A DNA stretch of 44,087 nucleotides from Gemmatimonadales bacterium (lineage in GTDB: Bacteria > Gemmatimonadota > Gemmatimonadetes > Gemmatimonadales > GWC2-71-9): NCBI GenBank assembly GCA_040877595.1, contig JBBDNM010000073.1, forward strand, positions 1 to 44,087. Direction: 5' to 3'. A program made the position numbers and the translations under genes. This document shows, piece by piece, positions 26,469 through 35,027 of the stretch (position 1 is the stretch's first letter; every line of letters begins with the position of its first letter). Below the pieces are notes generated by a model. It ran no database searches, was not told where the DNA came from, and worked only from the letters and a program-made list of their open reading frames with translations.

Positions 26469-28363
26469 GCCGTGAGGGCCTCTCGCAGGTCATCGGGGGT
26501 TGCCACCGGCGCGCGGCACGCGGCGCCGATACAAACGTACGCGCGCGGATGCGCGGCCGTCAGCATGGCCCGAACCGGCTCGGGGAGACGGGCCGGGTCG
26601 GCGCCGGGTCGGAGCAGGGTGAGCACTCGGCGGGGTGCCCACGTGGTGCGGGCAGCATACGCCAGGGCACGCCCGGCCTCGTCATCCTCCGCCACGACCA
26701 CGACATGCGTTGCGGGCTGCAACAAGCGGTCCGCCGCCAGCAGGAGGCTGGCCCCGTGGACCCCCAGATCGCCCAACGTTTCGCCCAGGGCCTCAAGCAA
26801 CCGTTGTGCGGCGGCCCGGTATTCGACCACCCCCGTATGCTCGGCGAGGCGTACGAGGACATCGGCAGCGACGCCGTTCGGCGACGGCGCGGGCGCGTCA
26901 TGAATCGGGATGACCGGGTCGGACAACATGCCATCGCCGTCAGTGCCCGCGCGGTCTCGCAGGGTGCCGGCCGGCGTGAGGTAGTGCGCCAAGACGTGAT
27001 CCATCAAGTCCGCACCGCGATCCAACCACGCGCGATCACCGGTGTGCTCCCAGGCATCCAAGGCGAGTTGCGCGGCATAGACCTGGTCTTCGAGCAGACC
27101 ACGAACGGGTGAACCGAGCGCGTGCCGGAGGCCGCCGGAGCCGTCGGCGCCTTCGGTGAAGAGCCGGTGCGCGGTGTGTAGTGCGTGTTCGTGGGTGCGT
27201 GGTGCGTGGTGCGTGGTGCGGAGGAGGGCCGAGGCCATTAATGCGGACCAGCCAACGTAGATCGTGCGATCCACATAGGGTGCTTTGCGCTCCGCCCGGG
27301 TGGTCCGGAGGGCGGCGCGGCCCGTCGCCACGAGTGCGGGGTCCGCGGTCGGATCCACGACATGCAGGACAGAGCGTTCATCCGTGATGCCGTAATACCG
27401 AATGACCGCATCCGCGGCGTCCGGATCGCATACATTACGTACCTCTTCGCGTGTCCACGTGAAGTAGTCGCCATCGTCATCGAGCCCGACGTCCGCATCC
27501 TGGGAACCGGCGTAGCCGCCCGCGGGATCAGCCATCAGCTCCATCGCCCAACGTGCGATGTCGGCCGTCACGGTCTGATACGCCGAGCCGGCATCGGCAT
27601 AGATGCCCAGCAGCTCGGCGTTGTCATACAGCATCTTCTCGAAGTGCGGGACGTGCCACCGGGCATCCACGCTGTACCGATGGAAGCCGCCGCCCACATG
27701 ATCGTAGATGCCGCCGTTGGCCATGGCGGTGAGCGTGCGATCCACCAGGTCGCGGTGACGGGTGAGCAGGAAACGAAGCGCGCCGGGATGCGGGAACTTG
27801 GGACTGGTGCCGAAGCCGCCGTAGTGGAAGTCGAAGACGCGAACCATGCTCTCGGCGGCCTGCGCAAGAAGGTCCGGTGTCACCGCGCCCGCCGTAACGG
27901 TGTCCTCACCCACGTCGGCCAGGCGGGCGCGGATCAGGTCGGCCTGTTGGGTCAGCTTGTCGCGTTCTTCACGCCACAGGCGCCGCAGCTCGACCAGCAT
28001 GGTGCGGAACCCCGGCCGGCCGTGCGTGCCATCCGGCGGGAAGTAGGTGCCGCCAAAGAACACGGATCCGTCGTGCGTGAGGAACGCGGTGAGCGGCCAG
28101 CCGCCCTGCTGGGTCATCGCCTGCACCGCGCGCTGATACCGGGCATCCACGTCAGGCCGTTCGTCGCGGTCCACCTTGATGCACACCCACTCGGCATTCA
28201 GCAGCTCGGCCAACGAAGGGTCCTGGTACGACTCGCGATCCATCACATGGCACCAGTGGCACCACACCGCCCCGACGTCGAGGAGAATGGGTCTGTCCTC
28301 CGAGCGGGCCTTCGCGAACGCTTCGGGTCCCCAATCCATCCAGCGTACCGGCCCGTGCTTCAT
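26465..28363 (-). CDS. Thioredoxin-domain protein (YyaL/SPATA20, DUF255)
   Basis: WCHWCHVMDRES, KVDRDERPDVD, GGWPLT, GGFHRYSVD and PHFEKMLYDNA. ATG 28363 overlaps the nth stop. Confidence 0.92.
   Translation of the reverse strand: MKHGPVRWMDWGPEAFAKARSEDRPILLDVGAVWCHWCHVMDRESYQDPSLAELLNAEWVCIKVDRDERPDVDARYQRAVQAMTQQGGWPLTAFLTHDGSVFFGGTYFPPDGTHGRPGFRTMLVELRRLWREERDKLTQQADLIRARLADVGEDTVTAGAVTPDLLAQAAESMVRVFDFHYGGFGTSPKFPHPGALRFLLTRHRDLVDRTLTAMANGGIYDHVGGGFHRYSVDARWHVPHFEKMLYDNAELLGIYADAGSAYQTVTADIARWAMELMADPAGGYAGSQDADVGLDDDGDYFTWTREEVRNVCDPDAADAVIRYYGITDERSVLHVVDPTADPALVATGRAALRTTRAERKAPYVDRTIYVGWSALMASALLRTTHHAPRTHEHALHTAHRLFTEGADGSGGLRHALGSPVRGLLEDQVYAAQLALDAWEHTGDRAWLDRGADLMDHVLAHYLTPAGTLRDRAGTDGDGMLSDPVIPIHDAPAPSPNGVAADVLVRLAEHTGVVEYRAAAQRLLEALGETLGDLGVHGASLLLAADRLLQPATHVVVVAEDDEAGRALAYAARTTWAPRRVLTLLRPGADPARLPEPVRAMLTAAHPRAYVCIGAACRAPVATPDDLREALTA
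27181..27220. repeat. Heptamer array (GTGCGTG)n in frame inside the YyaL-like gene
   Basis: gtgcgtg ttcgtgg gtgcgtg gtgcgtg gtgcgtg gtgcg, translated as RTTHHAPRTHEHA. Confidence 0.88.
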
Positions 28364-29025
28364 CGCTTCTTCCTCCTTGCTCCCTTGCTCCCTTGCTCCC
28401 TTGTCCCCTTGATCCCTATGCGCGGACACCACCGATTCACTGGGCAGATCTCGCACCTGGGCTTGAGCGCCGTGCACACCGCCCGCCCGTGATGAATCAT
28501 CAGGTGCGGAAACAGGGTCCACTGCCCCTTGGGCACGAGCTGCATCAGATCACGTTCGATCTTGACCGGGTCCTTGTGTTTGGTGAATCCCAGGCGCTGG
28601 CTGATGCGGCCCACGTGCGTGTCCACCACCACGCCTTCTTCGATCCCAAAGGCGTTGCCGAGCACGACGTTCGCGGTCTTCCGGCCCGCGCCGGGCACGG
28701 TGACCAGCTCGCTCATGCTGGAGGGCACCTCGCCGCCGAAGCGCTCGACGAGCGCCCTGCCCATGCCAATCAGGCTCCTGGTCTTGTTGTTGAAGAATCC
28801 CGTGGACTTGATGTACTCGGCGAGCTCGTCGGGACTGGCGTCGGCGAAATCCTGCGCGGTGCGATAGCGGGCGAACAGGGCGGGGGTCACCTTGTTCACG
28901 CGTTCATCGGTGCATTGGGCCGAGAGGATGGTGGCGACCAGCAGCTGGAGCGGACTCGCATAGTCCAGCGAACACTTCGCGTCGGGATATGCCGTCTGGA
29001 GCGCGGCCAGGACCTGCTCGATCAT
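28360..29025 (-). CDS. nth: Endonuclease III
   Basis: LVATILSAQCTD, HhH motif PGAGRKTANVV, VDTHV and the [4Fe-4S] motif C-x6-C-x2-C-x5-C. Confidence 0.96.
   Translation of the reverse strand: MIEQVLAALQTAYPDAKCSLDYASPLQLLVATILSAQCTDERVNKVTPALFARYRTAQDFADASPDELAEYIKSTGFFNNKTRSLIGMGRALVERFGGEVPSSMSELVTVPGAGRKTANVVLGNAFGIEEGVVVDTHVGRISQRLGFTKHKDPVKIERDLMQLVPKGQWTLFPHLMIHHGRAVCTALKPRCEICPVNRWCPRIGIKGTREQGSKGARRKKR
28373..28411. repeat. Octamer array (CTCCCTTG)x~5 encoding the nth C-terminal tail
   Basis: ctccttg ctcccttg ctcccttg ctcccttg tccccttg, translated as KGTREQGSKGARR. Confidence 0.9.
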
Positions 29026-30743
29026 CCGCGGCGGGCCGCGACGTGCTCGAGGAAACCGCTCAAGGGACGCGCGTTAAGCACCTGATTGGCCGTGAGCCAG
29101 CCCTTGCGAGCCAGGGCGACGCCGACATCGGCATGACTCATCTGGTTTACTCCGTGCGCGTCCGCGCCGATGGAAATGATCACCCCCATGGCGGCGGCTT
29201 CCCGCACATGGCGCCAGTCCAGGTCGAGGCGCTGTGGGTCGGCGTTGATCTCAATGGCCACGCCGCGCTCGGCGGCGGCGCGAAACACGCGATCGAGATT
29301 GAGGGGGAACGGATCGCGCGCCAGCAGCAGGCGGCCGGTCGGGTGGCCGAGGATGGCGACCGTGGGATCGTCCATCGCGCGGATCACGCGGTCGGTCATC
29401 GTGCGTTCATCCTGGCCGAACCGCGTGTGGATCGACGCGATCACGAAATCGAAACTGCGGCGTTCTTCGTCGGTGTAGTCCACCGTGCCGTCCTCCAGGA
29501 TGTCGGCTTCGACGCCCTTGAGCATGTGCACATCGCTGCATTGCCGGTTGACCGCATCTATCTCGGCGTGCTGGCGCCCGATATCGGCACCGCGGAGGCC
29601 GCCGGATTCGAGCGCGGCTTCCGAGTGATCGGTCAGCCCGATGTATTCGTAGCCGGCGGCGACGGCACCCTCGGCCCACTCGGCCACCGTGTTGGTTCCG
29701 TCCGAATAGTTCGAGTGGCAGTGCAGGAAGCCTCGCATGTCCTTCCGCTCGACCAGCTGCGGGAGCTTGCCCGCCACCGCTGCCTCGATTTCACCGCGGC
29801 CTTCGCGCAGTTCGGGCGGGATCACGGGCAGGTTGAGCAGACGATATGCAGCCGCCTCGTCCTTGGTGGGCACCAACACGCCGTCCCGTGTGAGACCCGC
29901 GTCGGTCCACGTGAGGCCCAGCCCGGTCGCGCGTTCATGCAGGGCCGCCACGTGTTCGGCGCTCCCGGTGCCGCGCAACACATGGAATCCCCACTGATCG
30001 GGGGTGGCGAGGAAAATGTCGGCGACCGTACCACCCGCGAACCGGAGCGTGACCGCGCGTTCCTGACGGCGCACGAATTCCGTGACACCGGGCGCTCGGC
30101 CCAATCGGTCGTACAGCACGTCGGGCGTCACAGCGGGTTCCACGACGAAGTCCAGGTCACGCACGATCTCGCGGTACCGCCGCACGGCACCCACGATCAT
30201 CACGCGGCGGATTTCAGGAAGCTGGCCAAGTACGCGTTCCAAATCGGCTGCGGCCGTGCGGGCGTGGTGCAGCAGTCTGGCGCCCACCGATTGGCGCAAG
30301 GACGCGATGCCCTTGAGCACGTTGGCAGCCGTCTTGGCGCCGAACCGGGGCAACCGGGCGAGACGCCCGTCGCGCGCCGCCTCTTCGAGCTCGTCCAGCG
30401 AGTGCACATGCAGGTCTTCGTGGATCTGACGCACCTTGGCAACACCCAGACCAGAGATGCCGAGCATCTCGACCAGGCCCGGCGCCACCTCGTCGCGGAG
30501 CTGTTCGAGCACGCGGCTCTGGCCGGTGGCAAGAAGGTCGCGGACCACAGTCTCCGTGGCCGGACCTACCCCCTTCATCTCCGCCAGAACACCGTTGGCG
30601 ATGGCGGTCTGCAGGTCGCCCGCATAGGCCTGAATTGCGCGCGCGGCCTGTTGGTAGGCGCGGACACGAAACGGGTTTTCGCCCTTGAGTTCCAGGAAGG
30701 CCGCGATCTCCAGGAGCGACCGGGCAACGTCATTGCGATCCAT
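29022..30743 (-). CDS. polX: DNA polymerase X family protein with PHP domain
   Basis: GENPFRVRAY, HhH repeats, RDLDF and TGS; PHP motifs HCHSNYSDG, TDHS, GHPTGR, EIN and DAH. Confidence 0.93.
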   Translation of the reverse strand: MDRNDVARSLLEIAAFLELKGENPFRVRAYQQAARAIQAYAGDLQTAIANGVLAEMKGVGPATETVVRDLLATGQSRVLEQLRDEVAPGLVEMLGISGLGVAKVRQIHEDLHVHSLDELEEAARDGRLARLPRFGAKTAANVLKGIASLRQSVGARLLHHARTAAADLERVLGQLPEIRRVMIVGAVRRYREIVRDLDFVVEPAVTPDVLYDRLGRAPGVTEFVRRQERAVTLRFAGGTVADIFLATPDQWGFHVLRGTGSAEHVAALHERATGLGLTWTDAGLTRDGVLVPTKDEAAAYRLLNLPVIPPELREGRGEIEAAVAGKLPQLVERKDMRGFLHCHSNYSDGTNTVAEWAEGAVAAGYEYIGLTDHSEAALESGGLRGADIGRQHAEIDAVNRQCSDVHMLKGVEADILEDGTVDYTDEERRSFDFVIASIHTRFGQDERTMTDRVIRAMDDPTVAILGHPTGRLLLARDPFPLNLDRVFRAAAERGVAIEINADPQRLDLDWRHVREAAAMGVIISIGADAHGVNQMSHADVGVALARKGWLTANQVLNARPLSGFLEHVAARRG

Positions 30744-30755
30744 GGACTGCGGAAG

Positions 30756-31388
30756 CTACGCCCGGCTCACCGTGAGCGCGACCTTTAGCAGGTGGAGTAA
30801 CTCGGCCGTGGTGGTCACAGACCTGAACCCGGCCTGCGCGCCTCCCTCCATCTGGGGGGCGAACGCACTGACGGGGAGCGCCTCCCCTGCGTTTTCGAGA
30901 TCAATGGCCAGGACGTTGAGCGCTACGGTGGTGACGCCCGACCTTCCGGCGTGCAGGCCGTTGAGCGCTACGATGAGCAATTCATCGCGCGGGAGCGGAA
31001 TGATGTAGGCGCCGTCCAGCGGTTCGTGCGGGCCGTCGGGATTCGGCTGCATCCAGAAGGCGCGTTGCGGGAGCTGCACGTAGAGCGGCTCGCGCGGAGG
31101 CGCGGAGGGCGCGGAGGACAAGAGGTCGTCTGGAACGCGTTCCACGGCGCGCATGGCGAGACCGGTGCGCCAGTGTCGCCATGCAGCGAATAGCAGATGC
31201 AGGTACTCAGCCGCCGCGAGCGGGTGTTGCTCCAACAGTTCGGGTGACTCGATGTCGCCGACCAAGCGCTGGACGTCCGGCAGACGGCTGAACGTGGCCA
31301 GGTCGCCTGCTGCGTCACCCAAGGCGACGAAGCGGTCTTCAAGGCCGGCAAAGAGTAGTTGGTGCGGCGTTACGCGCTCGGCAGCCAT
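30756..31388 (-). CDS. Hypothetical protein
   Basis: ORF packed into the operon with typical composition; no recognised family. Confidence 0.65.
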   Translation of the reverse strand: MAAERVTPHQLLFAGLEDRFVALGDAAGDLATFSRLPDVQRLVGDIESPELLEQHPLAAAEYLHLLFAAWRHWRTGLAMRAVERVPDDLLSSAPSAPPREPLYVQLPQRAFWMQPNPDGPHEPLDGAYIIPLPRDELLIVALNGLHAGRSGVTTVALNVLAIDLENAGEALPVSAFAPQMEGGAQAGFRSVTTTAELLHLLKVALTVSRA

Positions 31389-32125
31389 GCCCCCACCTCC
31401 GCGACGAACCGATCGGTCTCCTCGACGTACGGGCAGTGTCCCGAATGCTCGAATACGACGAACTGCGCCTTGAGCCGCCGGGCGGTGTCTTCGGCGGTAT
31501 CGAGGGGCATCACGTCGTGCCGGCCATGAAACACGCGCGTGGGGATATCGAACTGGTCGAGGTCCGCGCGGATATCGTAATCGCCGAGGCTCTTCCAGAC
31601 CGCGTCCTGCGTGCGGCCGGTGATGCGGAACGGCGTCAGGTCGTGCACATGGTCCACATCGTGGAAGTACCCCGCCACCGCCCGCTCGAACGGACTCAGG
31701 CGCTCATGAGCGGCGAGGGTCTCTGGTGAAGCACTGCGTGCGGCAAACCGCTCGTTGAAGCGCGCGCGGCCTTGCGTGGTACTCGGGGCGGGCGAGACGA
31801 GCGCCAGCCGGCGCACACGCCCGGGATGCGTGATCGCGAACAGCATCGCGAGCAGGCCGCCCCACGAGTAGCCGAGCAATGTGGCCTGATCGAGGTCCCA
31901 TTCGTCCATCAGGCCGAGCAGGTCGGCCACATGGGTTTCCCACCCAAGCGGCTCGTCGCGTGGTGCCGGTGACTGCCCGCCACCCCGCTGGTCGTAGCAA
32001 TGGAGTCGGCGACCGGTAGCAAGGAGATCGAACTGTGGCAGGAGATAGTCGTGATGGGCGCCGGGACCGCCATGCAAAACCACGACGTCGGGGCCCTCTC
32101 CGACGGTACGCGTGAACAGTTTCAC
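31370..32125 (-). CDS. Alpha/beta hydrolase (proline iminopeptidase-like)
   Basis: HGGPG, YDQRGGG, GYSWGG nucleophile, GRHD and SGHCP. Confidence 0.9.
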   Translation of the reverse strand: MKLFTRTVGEGPDVVVLHGGPGAHHDYLLPQFDLLATGRRLHCYDQRGGGQSPAPRDEPLGWETHVADLLGLMDEWDLDQATLLGYSWGGLLAMLFAITHPGRVRRLALVSPAPSTTQGRARFNERFAARSASPETLAAHERLSPFERAVAGYFHDVDHVHDLTPFRITGRTQDAVWKSLGDYDIRADLDQFDIPTRVFHGRHDVMPLDTAEDTARRLKAQFVVFEHSGHCPYVEETDRFVAEVGAWLPSA

Positions 32126-32586
32126 AACAGGGTCGCGAGTGCGTCAGCGACCTTCCGGACCTCCGCCTCCTCGGCCGGCGTGAACGGATTGATCGCGTCG
32201 CTGTCAATATCAATCTGGCCGAGGATCTCGGCGTGGCGCCGGATCAACACCACCAGCTCGCTGCGTGTTTCCATGCTGCAGGCCAGGTATCCGTCGGCCC
32301 TGGACACGTCCGGGACGTTGATATCGCGCGACTCTGCCACGGCTCGTCCGCAGATTCCCGTCCCAACGGGAATGCGCGTGTGGTCGGTGGGGCGCCCGTC
32401 GAAGGCTTCGAGGACGAGATCCTTGCCATGCAGCATGTACATGTACACGCCGGTGTACGGCGATCCCGCCTCGCGGATGCGGGTCGCGGCGAGGGTGAGC
32501 AGGCCCTGCCGGCCGGCGTCGCGCGCGTACGCTCCCTGCAACGCCCGGACGACGGCGTCGCCGTCCAGCGTGGTGTTAGCTGCCAC
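32122..32586 (-). CDS. GAF-domain protein, free methionine-R-sulfoxide reductase (MsrC)-like
   Basis: RIPVGTGICG, VPDV, YLACSMETRSELVV and IDIDS. Confidence 0.8.
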   Translation of the reverse strand: MAANTTLDGDAVVRALQGAYARDAGRQGLLTLAATRIREAGSPYTGVYMYMLHGKDLVLEAFDGRPTDHTRIPVGTGICGRAVAESRDINVPDVSRADGYLACSMETRSELVVLIRRHAEILGQIDIDSDAINPFTPAEEAEVRKVADALATLL

Positions 32587-33826
32587 GGCGCCCGAGCGTC
32601 GCGGTGAACACGCGGCGCACGTCTTCGCGGATCACCTCGACCTCCACCACATCACCCGGGCTGTACGCGGCGAGTGCCGCCGTCATGGCGTAGAGGTCGG
32701 TGACGGCGTGCGTGCCGATGCGGACGATGATGTCGCCCGCCTGCAGCCCGGCGACCGCGCCGGCGGTGCCCTGCCGGACGCCGGTGATGCGCACCCCGCC
32801 CGGCGTGCTCGACATGTCGGGAATAGTGCCCAGTGATGCGCCATCTCCGCCGCTGATGGGTGCTGGGGGCGGTGCCGAGACGTAGGTGAGACGGGTTGGC
32901 CGCACGGCGAGCGCCCACACGAGGTCGGCCGAGAGTGCCGCCACCCGCGCGATGCCCTGTGCGTTGATCAGCGGCACGTCGTCTACCACGCGGTGGTATT
33001 CCTCGTGCGTATCCGTGAAGAAATGGATGACGGGAATGTTCTTGCCGTAGAACGACGAGTGGTCACTCCGGCCCCAGCCGTCGCCCGACGCAAGGATCGC
33101 CAGATCGTAGCGGTTGAGCGAGTCGAGCAAGGGCTGCCACTCCGGCGCGCTTGCGGCGCCGAGCGCGAGCAGGCGGTTTTCACGTAACCGGCCGACCATA
33201 TCCAGGTTGACCATGGCGACCGTCTGTGCGTTGGGCAGGACGGGATGGTCCACGTAGTACTGCGACCCGATCAGCCCGAGTTCCTCCGCCGTGAATGCCA
33301 CGATGATGATCGTGCGGCGGTCCACTGCGGGACGCTGGCGCAGGTTCCGTGCGATCTCGAGCAGGGCGGCGGTACCGGAGGCGTTGTCGTCGGCCCCGTT
33401 GTGGATGACGCCGGTGCTATCGGGATCCATGCTGCCCATGCCGCCCAGGCCCAAGTGATCGTAGTGCGCGCCGACAACCACCGCTTCACCGGCTAGAGCG
33501 CCGCGGCCGGGCAGGATGCCGACCACGTTGGCCACCCGCACGCCACCCAAGCCGGCGTGCGCCGCCGCGGGCGCCGAGGCATCAATGGTGAACCACTGGA
33601 GGAACTGAGTCACGCCTTCGGGCTGCACCAGGCCGAGTTGGGCAAAGCGGCGGGCCAGCCATTGGGCGGTGGAGTCAAGACCGGCGGTCCCGACCCCACG
33701 ACCTTGGCGGGCGTCGTCCGCGAGCCAGTCAACCGACTCGCGAATACGGCGGGCACCGTCCTGGGCACCTATGGGGAGCGCGACGAGCGACAGCAGAAAC
33801 GCAATCCACATGCGTGAACTTGGCAT
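32576..33826 (-). CDS. Exported M28 family peptidase with C-terminal PDZ domain
   Basis: GAHYDHLG, GADDNASG, AEELGLIGS, NLDMVG and SDH; PDZ motif GLQAGDII. Confidence 0.92.
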   Translation of the reverse strand: MPSSRMWIAFLLSLVALPIGAQDGARRIRESVDWLADDARQGRGVGTAGLDSTAQWLARRFAQLGLVQPEGVTQFLQWFTIDASAPAAAHAGLGGVRVANVVGILPGRGALAGEAVVVGAHYDHLGLGGMGSMDPDSTGVIHNGADDNASGTAALLEIARNLRQRPAVDRRTIIIVAFTAEELGLIGSQYYVDHPVLPNAQTVAMVNLDMVGRLRENRLLALGAASAPEWQPLLDSLNRYDLAILASGDGWGRSDHSSFYGKNIPVIHFFTDTHEEYHRVVDDVPLINAQGIARVAALSADLVWALAVRPTRLTYVSAPPPAPISGGDGASLGTIPDMSSTPGGVRITGVRQGTAGAVAGLQAGDIIVRIGTHAVTDLYAMTAALAAYSPGDVVEVEVIREDVRRVFTATLGRRGS

Positions 33827-33876
33827 AGCCCGAAAATAACATGGACGGTATTGGGCCGGACTGCGGTCCCGAGTAC

Positions 33877-34944
33877 CTACCGCGGCGTGAAATCACTTTC
33901 CGCTGTCACCCGCCGACAAAACGCCGCCATCAACTTGGCCGCGGCTTCCACATCACTCAAGGCCACCATCTCATTCGGCGAATGCATGTAGCGATTGGGC
34001 ACGGAGATGAGTCCGGTGGCCACCCCGCGATGGCTGTTCCAGATGGCGTCTGCATCGGTGCCGGTATCGCGCGGCGCCGCCTGCAACGTGTACGGAATTC
34101 CCTCCGCCTCGGCGGTGGCGACCAGCAGGTCGAGCACCACCGGGTTGACGGCCGAGCCGCGGGCCAGCACCGGGCCGCCACCCAGCTTGGCCTCGCCGAT
34201 TTCCTTTTTCTCAACGCCCGGCGCGTCGCTGGCGTGCGTGACGTCCACCACCAGCGCCACGGTGGGCGTGATGTCCGTCGCCCCCACGCGCGCGCCGCCG
34301 CCCGCCCAGGCGATCTCTTCCTGGACGGTCGCTACCGCCCAGATACCCGCCTTGGGTTTGTCCGCCGCGAGCAAGCGCAACGCCTCAAGTACGACGAACG
34401 CGCCGATCCGGTTGTCTATCGAACGCGACACAAGCCGACCATTCGGGAAGTCGAGTGCGCCACCATGAATGACGGCGGGGTCACCAACGCGCACACGCTT
34501 CAGCGCGTCGGCCTTGTCGGTGGCCCCGATATCAATCCAGAGGTCCTTGATCTTGGCGACCTTGTCGCGCTCCTCGGTTTCCATCAGGTGGATGGCCTTG
34601 CGGCCGATGACGCCGAGAACCGGACCGTCCTTGCCCTGAATGACCACACGTTGTCCCGGAAGCACCTGCCGATCCCACCCGCCGATGGGCTGGAACGTGA
34701 GGAATCCGTCGTCATCCACATGCACCACCATCAGGCCGATCTCATCAATGTGCCCGGCCAGCATCACGCGGGGCGTCTTGTCGGGGCCCAAGATGGCACG
34801 GGAGTTACCCGCGACGTCGGTTTCGACCTTGTCGGCCAAGGTTTCGGCCTCAGCCCGCCACACGCGGGCGGGGGCGACCTCGAAGCCCGACGGTCCGGGG
34901 GTGTCGAGCAGGCGCTTGAGGAATGCGAGGGAATGATTGTTCAT
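33877..34944 (-). CDS. M42 family aminopeptidase
   Basis: PSGFE, GHIDEIG, DNR, VQEEI, DVTH, GTDA and RYMHSPNE. Confidence 0.93.
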   Translation of the reverse strand: MNNHSLAFLKRLLDTPGPSGFEVAPARVWRAEAETLADKVETDVAGNSRAILGPDKTPRVMLAGHIDEIGLMVVHVDDDGFLTFQPIGGWDRQVLPGQRVVIQGKDGPVLGVIGRKAIHLMETEERDKVAKIKDLWIDIGATDKADALKRVRVGDPAVIHGGALDFPNGRLVSRSIDNRIGAFVVLEALRLLAADKPKAGIWAVATVQEEIAWAGGGARVGATDITPTVALVVDVTHASDAPGVEKKEIGEAKLGGGPVLARGSAVNPVVLDLLVATAEAEGIPYTLQAAPRDTGTDADAIWNSHRGVATGLISVPNRYMHSPNEMVALSDVEAAAKLMAAFCRRVTAESDFTPR

Positions 34945-34990
34945 GCGTGCATTCTAATCATCTTGCCTCAAAGTACCGTCAAACGGGTGC

Positions 34991-35020
34991 TTGACACCCG
35001 GCGGACCCGGGGCGCATCCT
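34991..35020 (+). promoter_or_regulatory. Candidate sigma70 promoter for the OPT gene (probably leaderless)
   Basis: TTGACA (34991-34996), 18 nt spacer, CATCCT (35015-35020), then 7 nt to the ATG with no SD sequence. Confidence 0.5.
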
Positions 35021-35027
35021 CTGCCCC

